Shown here: piece after piece, positions 1 through 11,620 of the stretch
Numbering within the stretch: the stretch's first letter is position 1
Layout: each line of letters opens with the position of its first letter
Source of the DNA: Octopus vulgaris
Taxonomy: Eukaryota
Direction of reading: 5' to 3'
Length of the DNA stretch: 64,000 nt
Assembly: GCA_951406725.2 (NCBI GenBank)
Contig: OX597831.1
Location: 47,120,001-47,184,000, forward strand
Notes under the pieces: generated by a model
The model's input: only the letters and a program-made list of their open reading frames with translations
Told to the model about the DNA's origin: nothing
The model's database searches: none
Made by a program: the position numbers and the translations under genes

Positions 1-360
1 TATATGTGAAATACTGATATTCAGGGTCGGTGTTAGGAAGAGCAGGGTCCAGTTAGAGAATTGTCAGTGGGACCCTCTACACTATGAAAGTTGAGGATTG
101 ATGTTTTATGCTTCTTGTAGTATGCCTGTCCCAGCCAAAAAGTGTTGAGGGCTTGAGGCTCCACCATTTAACCACAATGATATACTAAAGATTCATCTTA
201 GCATCCTCCATTTGAGCATGTGTGCAGGGCCCTCACATGGCATAAGGGCCCAAATTTGAACAAATCTGTCTAATTGGCTTAAAATCGGCCCTGCCAATAT
301 TTTGGTCATCTCTTCAACTTGCCTCAATTTGCTACCTTTTCAAAATCTTTGCAGTCTCCT

Positions 361-630
361 ATTTGTGACCGCCTTTATTCTGATGCTTATGACTTAGTTG
401 CTCATATAGATGAAGATACGCAAACTCTCATGGATCTTATTTTTGCATCTTGGAAGGCATTTGGACTCAGCATTAGCCTGGAGAAGACTTGTAATATCCC
501 AGGCGACACCAGAAAATCCATTTGTGAAATCATCTATGTTGGTTGAAGGAACAGTACTGAAAGTTGTAGACAAGCTTGTCTGTCCCTTGTAACAATGCAC
601 TCAGGCAGTATTGCTCTTTGGATGATAAAA
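361..630 (+). mobile_element. Degenerate RTE-clade LINE reverse-transcriptase fragment
   Basis: Translation RLYSDAYDLVAHIDEDTQTLMDLIFASWKAFGLSISLEKT, then after a frameshift VEGTVLKVVDKLV. This resembles the RTE/BovB LLYADD..LVAH...FGLTISLKKT...LKVVDKFVYL region. Confidence 0.7.
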
Positions 631-639
631 TATCTTTAA

Positions 640-1262
640 CCCCTTAACATTCAGATTTTGTCTGTCAAATGTAATGCTTATTTATTCACATTAATATGAG
701 CTGGTCATGCATTACCTTGTAGCTTTGAGATTCCAGTGATGAGATTGTTTATTTTTAGAATAATATTGTAGGGTATGTAAAGTGGTGAGCTGGCAGAAAC
801 GTTAGCACGCAGGGCGAAATGCTTAGTGGTATTTCGTCTGCCGTTATGCTCCGAGTTCAAATTCCGCCAAGGTCAACTTTGCCTTTCATCCTTTCGGGGT
901 CGATAAATTAAGTACCAGTTACACACTGGGGTCGATGTAATCGACTTAATCCCTTTGTCTGTCCTTGTTTGTCCCCTCTATGTTTAGCCCCTTGTGGGCA
1001 ATAAAGAAATAAGAAACGTTAACAGACCAGGCAAAATGCTTAGTGGTATTTTGTCTGTCTTTACGTTCTGAGTTCAAATTCTGCCAAGGTTGACTTTGTC
1101 TTTCATCCTTTCAGGGTCGATAAATTAAGTACCAGTTGCATGCTGGGGTCAATGTATTCAACTGGCTCCACTCCCCCAAAATTTCAGGCCTTGTACCTAG
1201 AGTAGAAAAGAATATTGTAGGGCATGTGTGAGAGGCCGAATCTGGCTAGTTTGAAGACAAAA
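640..1262. mobile_element. piggyBac-like MITE copy interrupted by a SINE dimer
   Basis: Begins TTAA|CCC and matches the intact copy at 25184-25385 on both sides of the 779-1210 insertion. Confidence 0.7.
779..1210 (+). mobile_element. Dimeric tRNA-derived SINE (window family B) with 17-bp target-site duplication
   Basis: Two head-to-tail units of GAGCTGGCAGAAACGTTAGC...GAGTTCAAATTC...GCCTTTCATCCTTTCGGGGTCGATAAATTAAGTACC. Flanked by AATATTGTAGGGTATGT (762-778) and AATATTGTAGGGCATGT (1211-1227). Confidence 0.85.
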
Positions 1263-1316
1263 AATATATATATATATATACATATGTATATATATATATT
1301 ATTTATGTTATATATA

Positions 1317-1693
1317 CTCTTTTACTTGTTTCAGTTATTTGACTGCGGCCATGCTGGAGCACCGCCTCTAGTCGAGCAAATCGACCCTGGGACTTATTCC
1401 TTGTAAGCCCAGTACTTATTCTATCGGACTCTTTTGCCGAACCGCTAAGTGACGGCGACGTAAACACACTAGCATCGGTTGTCAAGCAATGTTAGGGGGA
1501 CAAACACAGACACACACACATATATATATATATATACGACAGGCTTCTTTCAGTTTCCATCTACCAAATCTACTCACAAGGCTTTGGTTGGCCTGAGGCT
1601 ATAGTAGAAGACACTTGCTCAAGATGCCGGGACTGAACCCGGAACCATGTGGTTGGTAAGCAAGCTACTTACCACACGGCCACTCCTGCGCCT
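1317..1693 (-). mobile_element. tRNA-derived SINE (window family A) with internal (TA)/(CA) microsatellite
   Basis: Reverse complement of the copy at 22081-22487: head AGGCGCAGGAGTGGCCGTGTGGTAAG, B-box-like GGTTCAGTCCC, tail GAAACAAGTAAAAGAG. Confidence 0.9.
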
Positions 1694-2047
1694 ATATATA
1701 TATATATATATATACATACATACATATACAGTCCACAAATGAGATTCAGAGATTCTCTATATAGAAGACACTGGAGTAGTGTTCAAAAGATTCTAACTTA
1801 CACTCCTATGTCTTTACAGGGCATTGATTTCACAAAGTAACGAAATGCTATAAGCGGGATCGTCCATATACACTATAGGTGTCTTTTCAGTTTCTGTCTT
1901 TGAAACTGATCCCACAATTCATTAGTCAACTCCAGGTTACAGTAGGGCATTCAGTGGGGAGGGGAGATGCAGAAAGAAATGACTGAAGTGAACATTTTAA
2001 CTGCACTTCCATTCCTATATGCTAACTCATAAGCACACACAATATTT

Positions 2048-2451
2048 GGATCCTTGCGGTTTGAACAGCAGTTTTTTCTAGCGGTGTCATATGAAATTGT
2101 CACCCATAATTATGACCCTAGTATCGATCTATTGCATTTCAATCTGTTTTAGGGTTAGGGGTGGGGGGAAGGGTATCTTTTTTCTTCACAAATGTAAATA
2201 AACCCAATCTGTTTCTTAAACCAGGGACATATTCATATGGCACAGAATGTTCTTTTTACCTCAATGGACCTCAGTGATTGGTTGAAATTGCAAAAAAAAC
2301 AAAAACAAATATCTTACAAACTATAGAAAATTCTCAATAAAGCCAAGAGAAAAAGATGTTTTATAAACACATTCTACCAGTATACGAAGTTTAAAATTTT
2401 TTAGTTACCTAGAAATTATGTTAAAAACTGCCGTTCAAACCGAAAAGATCC
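2048..2451. mobile_element. MITE with ~29-bp TIRs starting GG and 8-bp TSD (Merlin-like), copy 1
   Basis: TIRs GGATCCTTGCGGTTTGAACAGCAGTTTTT and AAAAACTGCCGTTCAAACCGAAAAGATCC. TSD CAATATTT at 2040-2047 and 2452-2459. A highly similar copy lies at 39438-39854. Confidence 0.92.
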
Positions 2452-3500
2452 CAATATTTAAATCCCTATTTTTTATTAGCCACATATACTCCCACTCATA
2501 CTCCATATAATTTACAGCCTCCCACATATGCGTGTGTGTGTGTCTACATATTGTGAAAACTGAAAACAAGTGATGTAGAAACAAAACACCAATTAATAAC
2601 AATTCTAACACATAATCAACTTAGCGAACCCTGTTCCTTGTCATTCTTTTTGATTTTTAGTAGTCATTTTTTTTTTGTTTTCGAATATCTGTTCTTTCTT
2701 TCTTTCTTTCTTTACTTTTTCGTGGGTGGGAGTTATGATGTTCTTCCTAGTTTCTGATTGTTATTATTATTATTACTTTGGCATCTGAAAGTCATTTTCA
2801 AGTGTTTCTTGAAGACTACTTTCGAATAAGGAGAAAGGGAAGTCTGAGAAAAGAAGGGATGAAAAGTAAAAGAAAGGAATAAGAACAAACAGGAATATCA
2901 CAAAACGAAATAGAAAAGAGAGAAAGAAAGGGAAAAAGAGAGAAAGGGTGGAAGAGATAACGTATATTTCTAGGTCATATGGAGGAAAAAACAGAAGAAA
3001 AAAACGTCCAGTTTTCAGAAAAGCAAAGAAAACAAAAAAATTTTTTTCCAAAATCTTTTGAAACAGAAAGTAGAAAATGGGTGACAGAATAGGGAGAGAA
3101 TAAGGAAGTAGTAGAAAGGTAGTGGGGATGGGGGAGAAATGAGAATGCGGTAGAAGATTCTGTTGGTAAAGTTGGTATTGAGAATAGAGATGTCAGTAGA
3201 AAATACTGAAGACTGAACGAGTGAGGGAGTCAGTGTCAATTTTTTTTTTTAGGCAAAACGTGAGATAAAATAAAAAATATAATAAAAACGTTGAGAGGAG
3301 ACGGGGAAAGTGAGATCATGCGAGAGAAAGAAGCAGAAAAGAGAACAGAAGAAAGAAATAGGAGAGAAAGAAGGAGAGAGAGGGGTGCAAGGAGATAGAG
3401 GAACAGGGAGAGAAAGAGAGAGGGAAAGAGGGGGACAGGTAGAGAGGAACAGAGAGAGAGAGAGAGCGAGAGAGAGGGATAGCGAAGCGAGTGAGAGAGG

Positions 3501-3972
3501 GACAGAGACAGTGAGTGAGAGAGAGAGAACCAAAATTCTGAGAGATCAAAGAGTAAAAAAAAAAAAAAAAATTATTCAGGTTGACAGAGATGGAGAAAGA
3601 TTTTATGCAATAGTTTGTGACGTAGACAGCAAAGCAATAAACGATGACGTATGTTAGTGAGTAAAGCAGAAATAAAATAAACGAGTGTAGCCAGCAAGTT
3701 GAGTGAGAGTGCGTGCGTGAGTGAGTTCTCCAAGTGGCTGACAGAGACAGTGAGTGAGAGAGAGAGAACCAAAATTCTGAGAGATCAAAGAGTAAAAAAA
3801 AAAATTATTCAGGTTGACAGAGATGGAGAAAGATTTTATGCAATAGTTTGTGACGTAGACAGCAAAGCAATAAACGATGACGTATGTTAGTGAGTAAAGC
3901 AGAAATAAAATAAACGAGTGTAGCCAGCAAGTTGAGTGAGAGTGCGTGCGTGAGTGAGTTCTCCAAGTGGCT
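3501..3972 (+). repeat. Direct tandem duplication (239 bp + 233 bp)
   Basis: Copy 1 is 3501-3739 and copy 2 is 3740-3972. They appear identical apart from poly(A) length (17 vs 11). Confidence 0.95.
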
Positions 3973-3989
3973 GAATTTACCCAGCACTG

Positions 3990-4184
3990 AGATAGAGAGA
4001 AAGAGAAAGACTAGTAACCAGAGTGGGAGATACACATACCTAAGGAGGAACCGTCGCCTGTTCTGTCTGTCGGTGTACTACGTAAACGGGCATGTTGTGA
4101 CATTCAAGTGAAAATATCTACCGGTTGCCATAAAAAAAATTACAAAGAAAATAAATAACAAAGAAGCCAAAACACCTAAATCAA
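3990..4184 (+). other. Candidate first (non-coding) exon; start uncertain
   Basis: Ends in the donor CAA|GTAAGC at 4184/4185 and is followed by T-rich intron-like sequence. It lies in the CpG-rich zone downstream of a GA-rich tract. Confidence 0.4.
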
Positions 4185-5952
4185 GTAAGCTAACGTTCTT
4201 TTTAGTTGTACTAATTGTTTTAAATTTGAATCATCCATAGGTCAGCTTGTTTATATTCTCTGATCTCATTTCTTGTCAATTTCGTGTGTTTTTGCCCGTC
4301 CCTTCGTCTGCCCGTCCGTCCGTTCGGTCGTTTACTTACTGAGATCTCTCTCTACCCGTATTTATCTATTTATATATTGATAGTTTTATGTATGTTTGAT
4401 CGGTACTGAATACTTCTTGTAAATAAGAGATTGTTTTTTTTCTTTTTCTTTTCACTCCTCATTTCGACCATCAATCACACACCCATTATTTGCCTACGTT
4501 CGTTCAAACGAACGTTCTTTTCAGGAAACGATCAGAAATGATGCTTGTGATTAATTAAAAACAAAATTTGTTGTGATTCCAGTACCACTACAACCACTAC
4601 TACCAACATCTCCAATAATAATAATAATCATTCTTTTTGTTATAGGCACAAGGCCTGAAATTTTGTGGGGGAAGGGGGCAAGTCGATAATTTCGACCCCA
4701 GTATTCAACTGGTACTTATTTTATCGACCCCGAAAAGAATAGGGATTATGATAATAATTATCATTAGTATTAATGGTGATTAACAGTATCATATAATTGT
4801 GCAATGTGTATTTGTTTGACAAAATGTAAAAGTTATTTTTGTCATTAAGGCCTCCTAACATGCTCCTCCATGAAGCATGTATATATATACATACGGCCAT
4901 CATAAACACCGAAACACGCAAACGAGGAAGTGTCACGAAACACACATACACACACACTCACACACACACACTCACACACACATACACACACTCATACACA
5001 CCCACTCACACACGCGCACACACACATGTATATGTATACAATACTCTTTAAGGTGAGATATTTGTACACATCCCTGTTTTATATACAGCAATAAAAACAA
5101 TACAACACACGTACATTTAGAAATTATATAAATCAACCGCAGTGTGTACCTGTACACACGAATATTGTTGTAGTGTAACGCACACAGTGTCAGACAGACC
5201 CATTGCTATCAACATTCTTGTACCGTGACCAACTGTAAATAAACGTGGTATTTTAAGGCATCTTAAAGCTTCGCTAAATTGTCATTGTTACTTTTGATCA
5301 GCCAGGTATAAATGGTTTGTTGGGGTTCAAAACCGTTGCATCACTCTATATGTTTATAGCCATCACACTTCACATTTTCGCCTCTTTTAGCCGTTGGAAA
5401 AGTACGATCGTTACTTTATCCCAGTTTCTCATCTACCTAAATATGTCTTTGTGCTGTGCCTTATATTACGTTTTTGTATTATGATAGTTATATAAAGAGT
5501 ATAACAGAATTAAGCTACCGAGAAACCAAAGTCCGTGATGCGGTTTCAAATCCTCTTGAGAAAGGCATGAACGTCGCTTCATTACATTTCCTCCTACCCT
5601 ATTAATTGAAGCACTGTGCCTTATGATGTAAGAAATTATTTAGTTTATCGGCGGCTTCTTACTCGCAATGTAAGTCAAGTAGTCTTTAACTGGTAAATCA
5701 TACCTCATCGCCCTTTTTATATCTACAACTGCACACTTATACAAATAATAATAGACGTGTGAATTCCCATGTCAATAGACGGTAGATGTTGATCTGGATT
5801 TCCAACTCTTATCCACCACGATTTGAGTCTAGATTGTTTGACAGTCATAATGGTACTGACTCTCGCCAGCTCCACCCATGTTTTGCTTGGAGACAGAAGT
5901 CACTCACGCCAAGTACCAAACACATACACACGTGTGTGTGTGTGTCTATATG

Positions 5953-6013
<61 letters not shown>

Positions 6014-6017
<4 letters not shown>

Positions 6018-6141
6018 AACACACCATATATACGTGTATGCGTGTGTGTATATATATATATATGCAAACACACCATATATACGTGTATGCGTGTGTGTAT
6101 ATATATATATATGCAAACACGCACCATATATACGTGTATGC

Positions 6142-6173
<32 letters not shown>

Positions 6174-6251
6174 GCAAACACACACCATATATACGTGTAT
6201 GCGTGTGTATATATATATATATGCAAACACACACCATATATACATGTATGC

Positions 6252-6300
<49 letters not shown>
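6014..6300. repeat. Compound minisatellite, five units of GCAAACAC(AC)ACCATATATACGTGTATGCGTGTG(TA)n
   Basis: Units read directly from the sequence, embedded in a long (TA)n tract. Confidence 0.9.
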
Positions 6301-6302
<2 letters not shown>

Positions 6303-6911
6303 CATACACGTATGTATGTGTATACATATATTAATGTACTAAAACAACTCAATACAAATATGTATTTGTATGGATAAGTGTTTTTAAAATTCATAGCGAC
6401 TTTAAATAAGTGCATATGTGAGCGTATATGTATAAATTATATTATCTATATTTTATTTATGTGTATTCGTTGTACGCCTCGCCTTATCGCTCGCTTGTTT
6501 ATTTTTTTTTTACTCACACACTCGCACTCAAACACAGTGAACAAAATCTAATCTATGGCTAAGAGTTCTTCTGATCGACTTAATATTACGTGTGGGCGAT
6601 TGTTTTCCTAGTGGTTGTCATCATTCTTTTCAAGATAATATGCCAGCCTGTCTGCCTCTAACCATTAGGTACCAATTTTAATTTGGTGTCTTGTCTTCCC
6701 CTCTTCCTCCGTCACAAACTTCGTCAAGCACCGATTTATCCTGTAAACTTCGCTTTCGCTTACATTCTACTATTGGACGGACCAGGAGCTTTTTGATAAA
6801 TGTCATAATGTTCATTAAAAGCGTCAGATGAAAATGTGTGTATGTGTGCGAGAGAGAATATTGTCGAAAATGCTTCAGTCTTTAGAATTCATAGCGGCTT
6901 TAAATAAGTGC

Positions 6912-6973
<62 letters not shown>

Positions 6974-7249
6974 CACACCACACACACACATATATATACA
7001 CATATATATATACGTACACAAACATACTAAATCACGTATACAAGTGTATAGAATAATGGATATCTATCTATAGATAGATATGTATATTCGTATGTACACA
7101 CATGTGTATATATAAGTGTTTGTGTGTGTGTTTGCATACGCCTATACACGTGTGAATTTATATATAATATACTTACACACACACTGAAAATATATATATG
7201 CATACACACACATATATGTATGTCTGTATATGTGTATGTATGAAAAATA

Positions 7250-7303
<54 letters not shown>

Positions 7304-7398
7304 TATATGTCTATGTATATATGTATATAATACATATATATATATGTACATATATGTATGTATATATATGTATGTATGTGTATATGTATATATGTATG

Positions 7399-7437
<39 letters not shown>

Positions 7438-7940
7438 ACATTCGGATTCCACTCGAAAATAGGTTATTGCCAGGAATCCAAAGGGTCAGTTTTCAGTAAA
7501 CCTATGCTACTACTATTGCCAATAAATGATATATACATAAACCCTTTCATTTCTCGTAGTGCCCATGACAACAACATTGTGGCCTGATTTATTTTAATTA
7601 AACGTGCAGTCTCATTTTCCTAATATGACTTTATGAGCCTCTTCCCCTCTCCATTTGGAAAAAAAAAACAAACAAGTGCCCGATTATCTAACATTCATTG
7701 AAATTATTTTCTCTTTTACTAGTCTTTCTTAACAGCATCCCTATTTTGCCTTCCTCCCTACCAAATCACTCAGTAGTTCACAAATCCATCCCTTTTTACT
7801 GCTGTATTCCCCCAGCTCAATTCTGTGATTGCCATGCAAGGTTCTTTCTAAATATAGAGAAATACTTTCGTACTATTGTTAATATTTGTTTTTTTCTGTT
7901 AATTGCTCCCTTGGTTGTGTTTTTCTCGTCTCTCTTGTAG

Positions 7941-8003
7941 TCTATACCAGCAGAAATTGGTGTTTGTAATCCCTAGCTGATGCAGTAGGTAGCACCAGTT
8001 CAG
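7941..8003 (+). other. Candidate 5'UTR exon (63 nt)
   Basis: Strong polypyrimidine acceptor TTTTCTCGTCTCTCTTGTAG| and donor CAG|GTAGAA. All three frames contain stops, so it is non-coding if real. Confidence 0.4.
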
Positions 8004-8090
8004 GTAGAACGAACGACTCAATGCCTGTTAGTTGCATGTTTCCATGTACAGTGGGAACACGCGCGCGCGATATATATATATATATGATGA

Positions 8091-8133
<43 letters not shown>

Positions 8134-9038
8134 TGTATATGTAGATATTTACGTGCATGCTTTGTTTTGTGAATGTTTGGTTGTTTATATTTGTATATGT
8201 TTCGCGTATTGATGTATGTCACATGCATAATTATCAACACGCCAAACATTCATGCAAGTGCATAGACACATGCGCGCATGTTTATTACATGCATGCATAC
8301 GTGCAATACGTACATTGGCATACATAATTTATTATGTGTAGGTGTTGCGACGACCTATTCTTACACGTCCCCTGATCTGCTGTTACCGAAGGAATGCCAG
8401 AGATATTTATAAAGGGGACAGATGGTGGGGGGTTTAATTTGTTTTCTTGCTATGTGTGTTTGGGCTTTCATTATTTCAGAATTTGGTGTATATAAGTGAA
8501 ATTACAAGAATTTCTATGTTTTCCTCAAATGAAAACAAATCCCTTTTGGCAAACAACCCCCTTTTTTGATATTCAAATAAAATCGTTATCAAAGATAAAT
8601 GTTTTTTCTCTTCTTTCAGCAGAGAATTATCATTTATTTCTCTTTTTATTTTTGGTGTGGTGGTTTTTAATAATCAATACAGTTTCAGGATAAAAAAAAA
8701 AAAAGGAGAAAAAGAAAACGGTAGAGGACCCCTAATATTCCCTTTAAATCTCAAGAAACAATGCTTTATCGCTGTAGCAGCAGTTTGGTTAGGGAAGCAA
8801 TTTGGTTTTGTCATAGTAGTAACACGTGCCAACGAGCGCCTTCCTCCAAGTTGACGTTTGTTTTGATGAACAAATTAGGGATTAGATTTTCAGAGATGAG
8901 GCATGTGTACTCCCTACCACCTCCTGCGCGCCACGACAGCCGTCAGCCTTTTATCCTAGCAATTCATTCATTGCTCTTGTTTTATAATAGTAGCAGTATT
9001 ATTATAGTAGTAGGGACTGGACTTCTGTTTAGACTTAC

Positions 9039-9072
9039 TCATGCTCCCACACCGTTATAATGCTGACCTGAC
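9039..9072 (-). other. Candidate 34-nt minus-strand exon
   Basis: Minus strand reads CCTATTCATTGCAG|GTCAGGTCAGCATTATAACGGTGTGGGAGCATGA|GTAAGT. One frame is open (xQVSIITVWEHx). Confidence 0.3.
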
Positions 9073-9929
9073 CTGCAATGAATAGGTTACACAAATAGTA
9101 ATAAACCAACTCCATTCCCATCATGTTCTCTCTCTCTCTTTCTCTTCTCTTTTTTCTTTCTTTTTCCCCCATCTCTTTCTCTCTTTTTCTCCTTTCACAA
9201 TTTCCTCCCTCTCTTCCTACATTTTCTGTCTTTTTCCTTTCAAATTATCCCCTTCTTTTTTTTTTTTTTTACTTCAATTCCCTACTTTCTCTCTTTCCCC
9301 AAATTCCCTATATTAAAAACAAAACAAAACAAAACAAAAAAATTCTTTCTCATTTCTTTGGCTTTCTTTTTTTTCTCTCTACCTCTTTTTTCTTTCCTAT
9401 TTCTCTCTCACGCCGACTTGTTCCCTTTTCTAGCCTTGAAAAAAAAAACCCCATCATTTTCTTCGTCCTTTCAAATTCATTTTCTTTTCACTTTCTCTTT
9501 TACTCTCAATTTCTTCCTCTTCTACATCATCTCTCTTTCTTTCTCCCCCCCCCCCCTGTTATCTCTCATTAAAACATTTCATTAAATTTCTCATCTTGTG
9601 TAATCCGTTTTAGTTTTTCCATTCCCCTCTTCCTTTCTCTCTTTGAAATGCCTATTCTCTTTATTAGTTGCATGCTATTACTTTATCCCTCTCACACATC
9701 TCTCTCTCTCTCTCTCTCCCTTTTCTCTCTAGTTTACACACTTCATAAGCTCTGCCTGCGATCCCTTTTTGCGCAGACCCTATGCATCAATAACACTATA
9801 TTGCAGTCTTTATATATTGAGCATTTTCTCAAGCAACCATTATCAAAAATTATGCATGTACACCTACACACACACACACACACACACACTTAAAATATAG
9901 TTTTATTTAATGTTTTATAGCCTTATTTC

Positions 9930-10024
<95 letters not shown>

Positions 10025-10562
10025 ATCATGATCATCGTTTAACAGCTATCTTCCATGCTGACATGGGTTGGGCTATACATATGTATAATATATTTTTGAT
10101 TGTGTGTGTGTGTATGTATGTATGTATTTATTTCTTTATATATATATATGAATGTTTGTGCATGTGTATTAATAAAATACAGGAAACATATATAGTCTTT
10201 TATGCTTTATAAAACATACATGAATTTTTGCAAATAAACTGCTAGGATTACATAATTGCTTGTTGAAACTCTATATAATCTTATTAATTCACCTCCTCAG
10301 TGTGTGTGTGTGTGAATGGAGATATATTGTGAGGGTGTAAGGTCTAGTGGTTATAGGTGTTGCATTCACAATCGCAAAGTCATGCTTTCAGTTCCTGGAC
10401 TGGATGGTGAGATGTGTTCTTGAGCAAAACACTTCATCTCATGTCGCTCTGCAGTCGGTTTGACATCTGATGTGTGCTACTCTGTGCACCTGTACAGACA
10501 GTGTTGATTTGATGGAGGGAGTGAGATAATGTACAGTAAAAAGACATTTGATTGCTATAAAC

Positions 10563-10894
10563 CAGGGGTTTTCAACCATCTTTTATCTATAGGCCCCTTT
10601 GATTACTATTTTATTCTGGTGGACCCCCATAGCCATTTGATGGTTAAAAACTAGTTTTATAGAAGCTATTTTCAAAATTCCTATTTTATTTTTTGCACAT
10701 TAATTTGTGTAGGTTGAACTATGTTAAATGTTAGAGAAAGAAAAATCAAGCTGTTTCTTGCAACACATTCCAGTATATACATCTAAAGCAAAATTTTTTC
10801 AGGAGCCCTTAAAATGGTATTTTGGATCTGTCATTGACTATTTTGCTGCGTGGGCCACCAAAAATCTTATATGGACCCTATATGAGAACCACTG
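10563..10894. mobile_element. hAT (Charlie-like) MITE
   Basis: Termini CAGGGGTTTTCAACC and GAGAACCACTG. 8-bp TSD CTATAAAC/CTACAAAC (7 of 8 match). Confidence 0.8.
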
Positions 10895-11287
10895 CTACAA
10901 ACAAATCATCGTGCAGGTTGTCAAGCAAGAAATTTCGGAACTGCTATTCTCAGATTACAAGAGACTACCATCACATATGCGCGCGCATGTACCCCCACAC
11001 ACACACACACACACTGATTTTATTGAACCTGAGTTTTTATCTTACAACTTGAGTTTCACACCATGGCTATCTGTTCTAGCCTGAAGATTGCAGTTGCATG
11101 AAACTTGAGTTAGGAGATAAAATTCAGTTTCAAGAAGTGACTACAACTTGTATTGAATGCATCTCCATCATTTGTTCAATACATTCCAGCATTTGTGTTT
11201 GCTTATATATAGATATAGATATATATATAATAAAAGGATCTGAATACAAATAAATTTAATACAATAAGTTCAATATATAGTCCATAT

Positions 11288-11620
11288 GAAGGTGCATGGC
11301 TCATTGGTTAGAGCATTGGGCTCACAATCATGCAGTAGTGAGTTTGATTCCCGGGTTGGGCTGTGCGTTGTGTTTTTGAGCAAGACTCTTTATTTCATGT
11401 TGCTCCCGTTCACTCATCTGTAGAAATCAGTTGCAATGTCACTGGTGTCAAGCTGTATCAGCCTTTGCCTTTCCCTTGGATAACATCTGTGACCTGGAGA
11501 GAGGAGGTTGGTATGCATGTGTGACTTCTAGTCTTCTATAAATAACTTTGCCTGGACTTGTGCCTTTGAGGGTAACTTTCTAGGTGCAATCCCATGGTCA
11601 TTCATGACCAAAGGGGTTCC
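11288..11620 (+). mobile_element. tRNA-derived SINE (another family; related copies near 10330 and 24254)
   Basis: A-box-like TGGCTCATTGGTTAGAGC and B-box-like GTTTGATTCCC. The body is shared with 24254-24600. Confidence 0.75.

Larger units (their letters stand above)
2600..9800. promoter_or_regulatory. CpG-retaining (likely unmethylated) promoter/5' regulatory zone
   Basis: CG dinucleotides are frequent here (e.g. 4050-4090, 4280-4330, 6470-6500, 8920-8945) and visibly scarce beyond about 10 kb. The zone is also nearly free of full-length SINEs. Boundaries were judged by eye. Confidence 0.6.

Noticed and set aside
3310-3890. Two ORFs ending in the same IIQVDRDGERFYAIVCDVDSKAINDDVC peptide
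   Set aside because: By-product of the GA tract and the tandem duplication, with no recognisable domain or supporting splice structure.
6014-6300. Regularly spaced repeats resembling a CRISPR array (also 17472-18032)
   Set aside because: The spacers are (TA)n or repeated sequence rather than unique, there are no cas genes, and the context is eukaryotic.
5786-7587. Long ORFs rich in YI/HT/CV repeats (also near 19, 27, 41 and 53 kb)
   Set aside because: They are translations of (TA)n/(CA)n microsatellites that lack stops in several frames on both strands.
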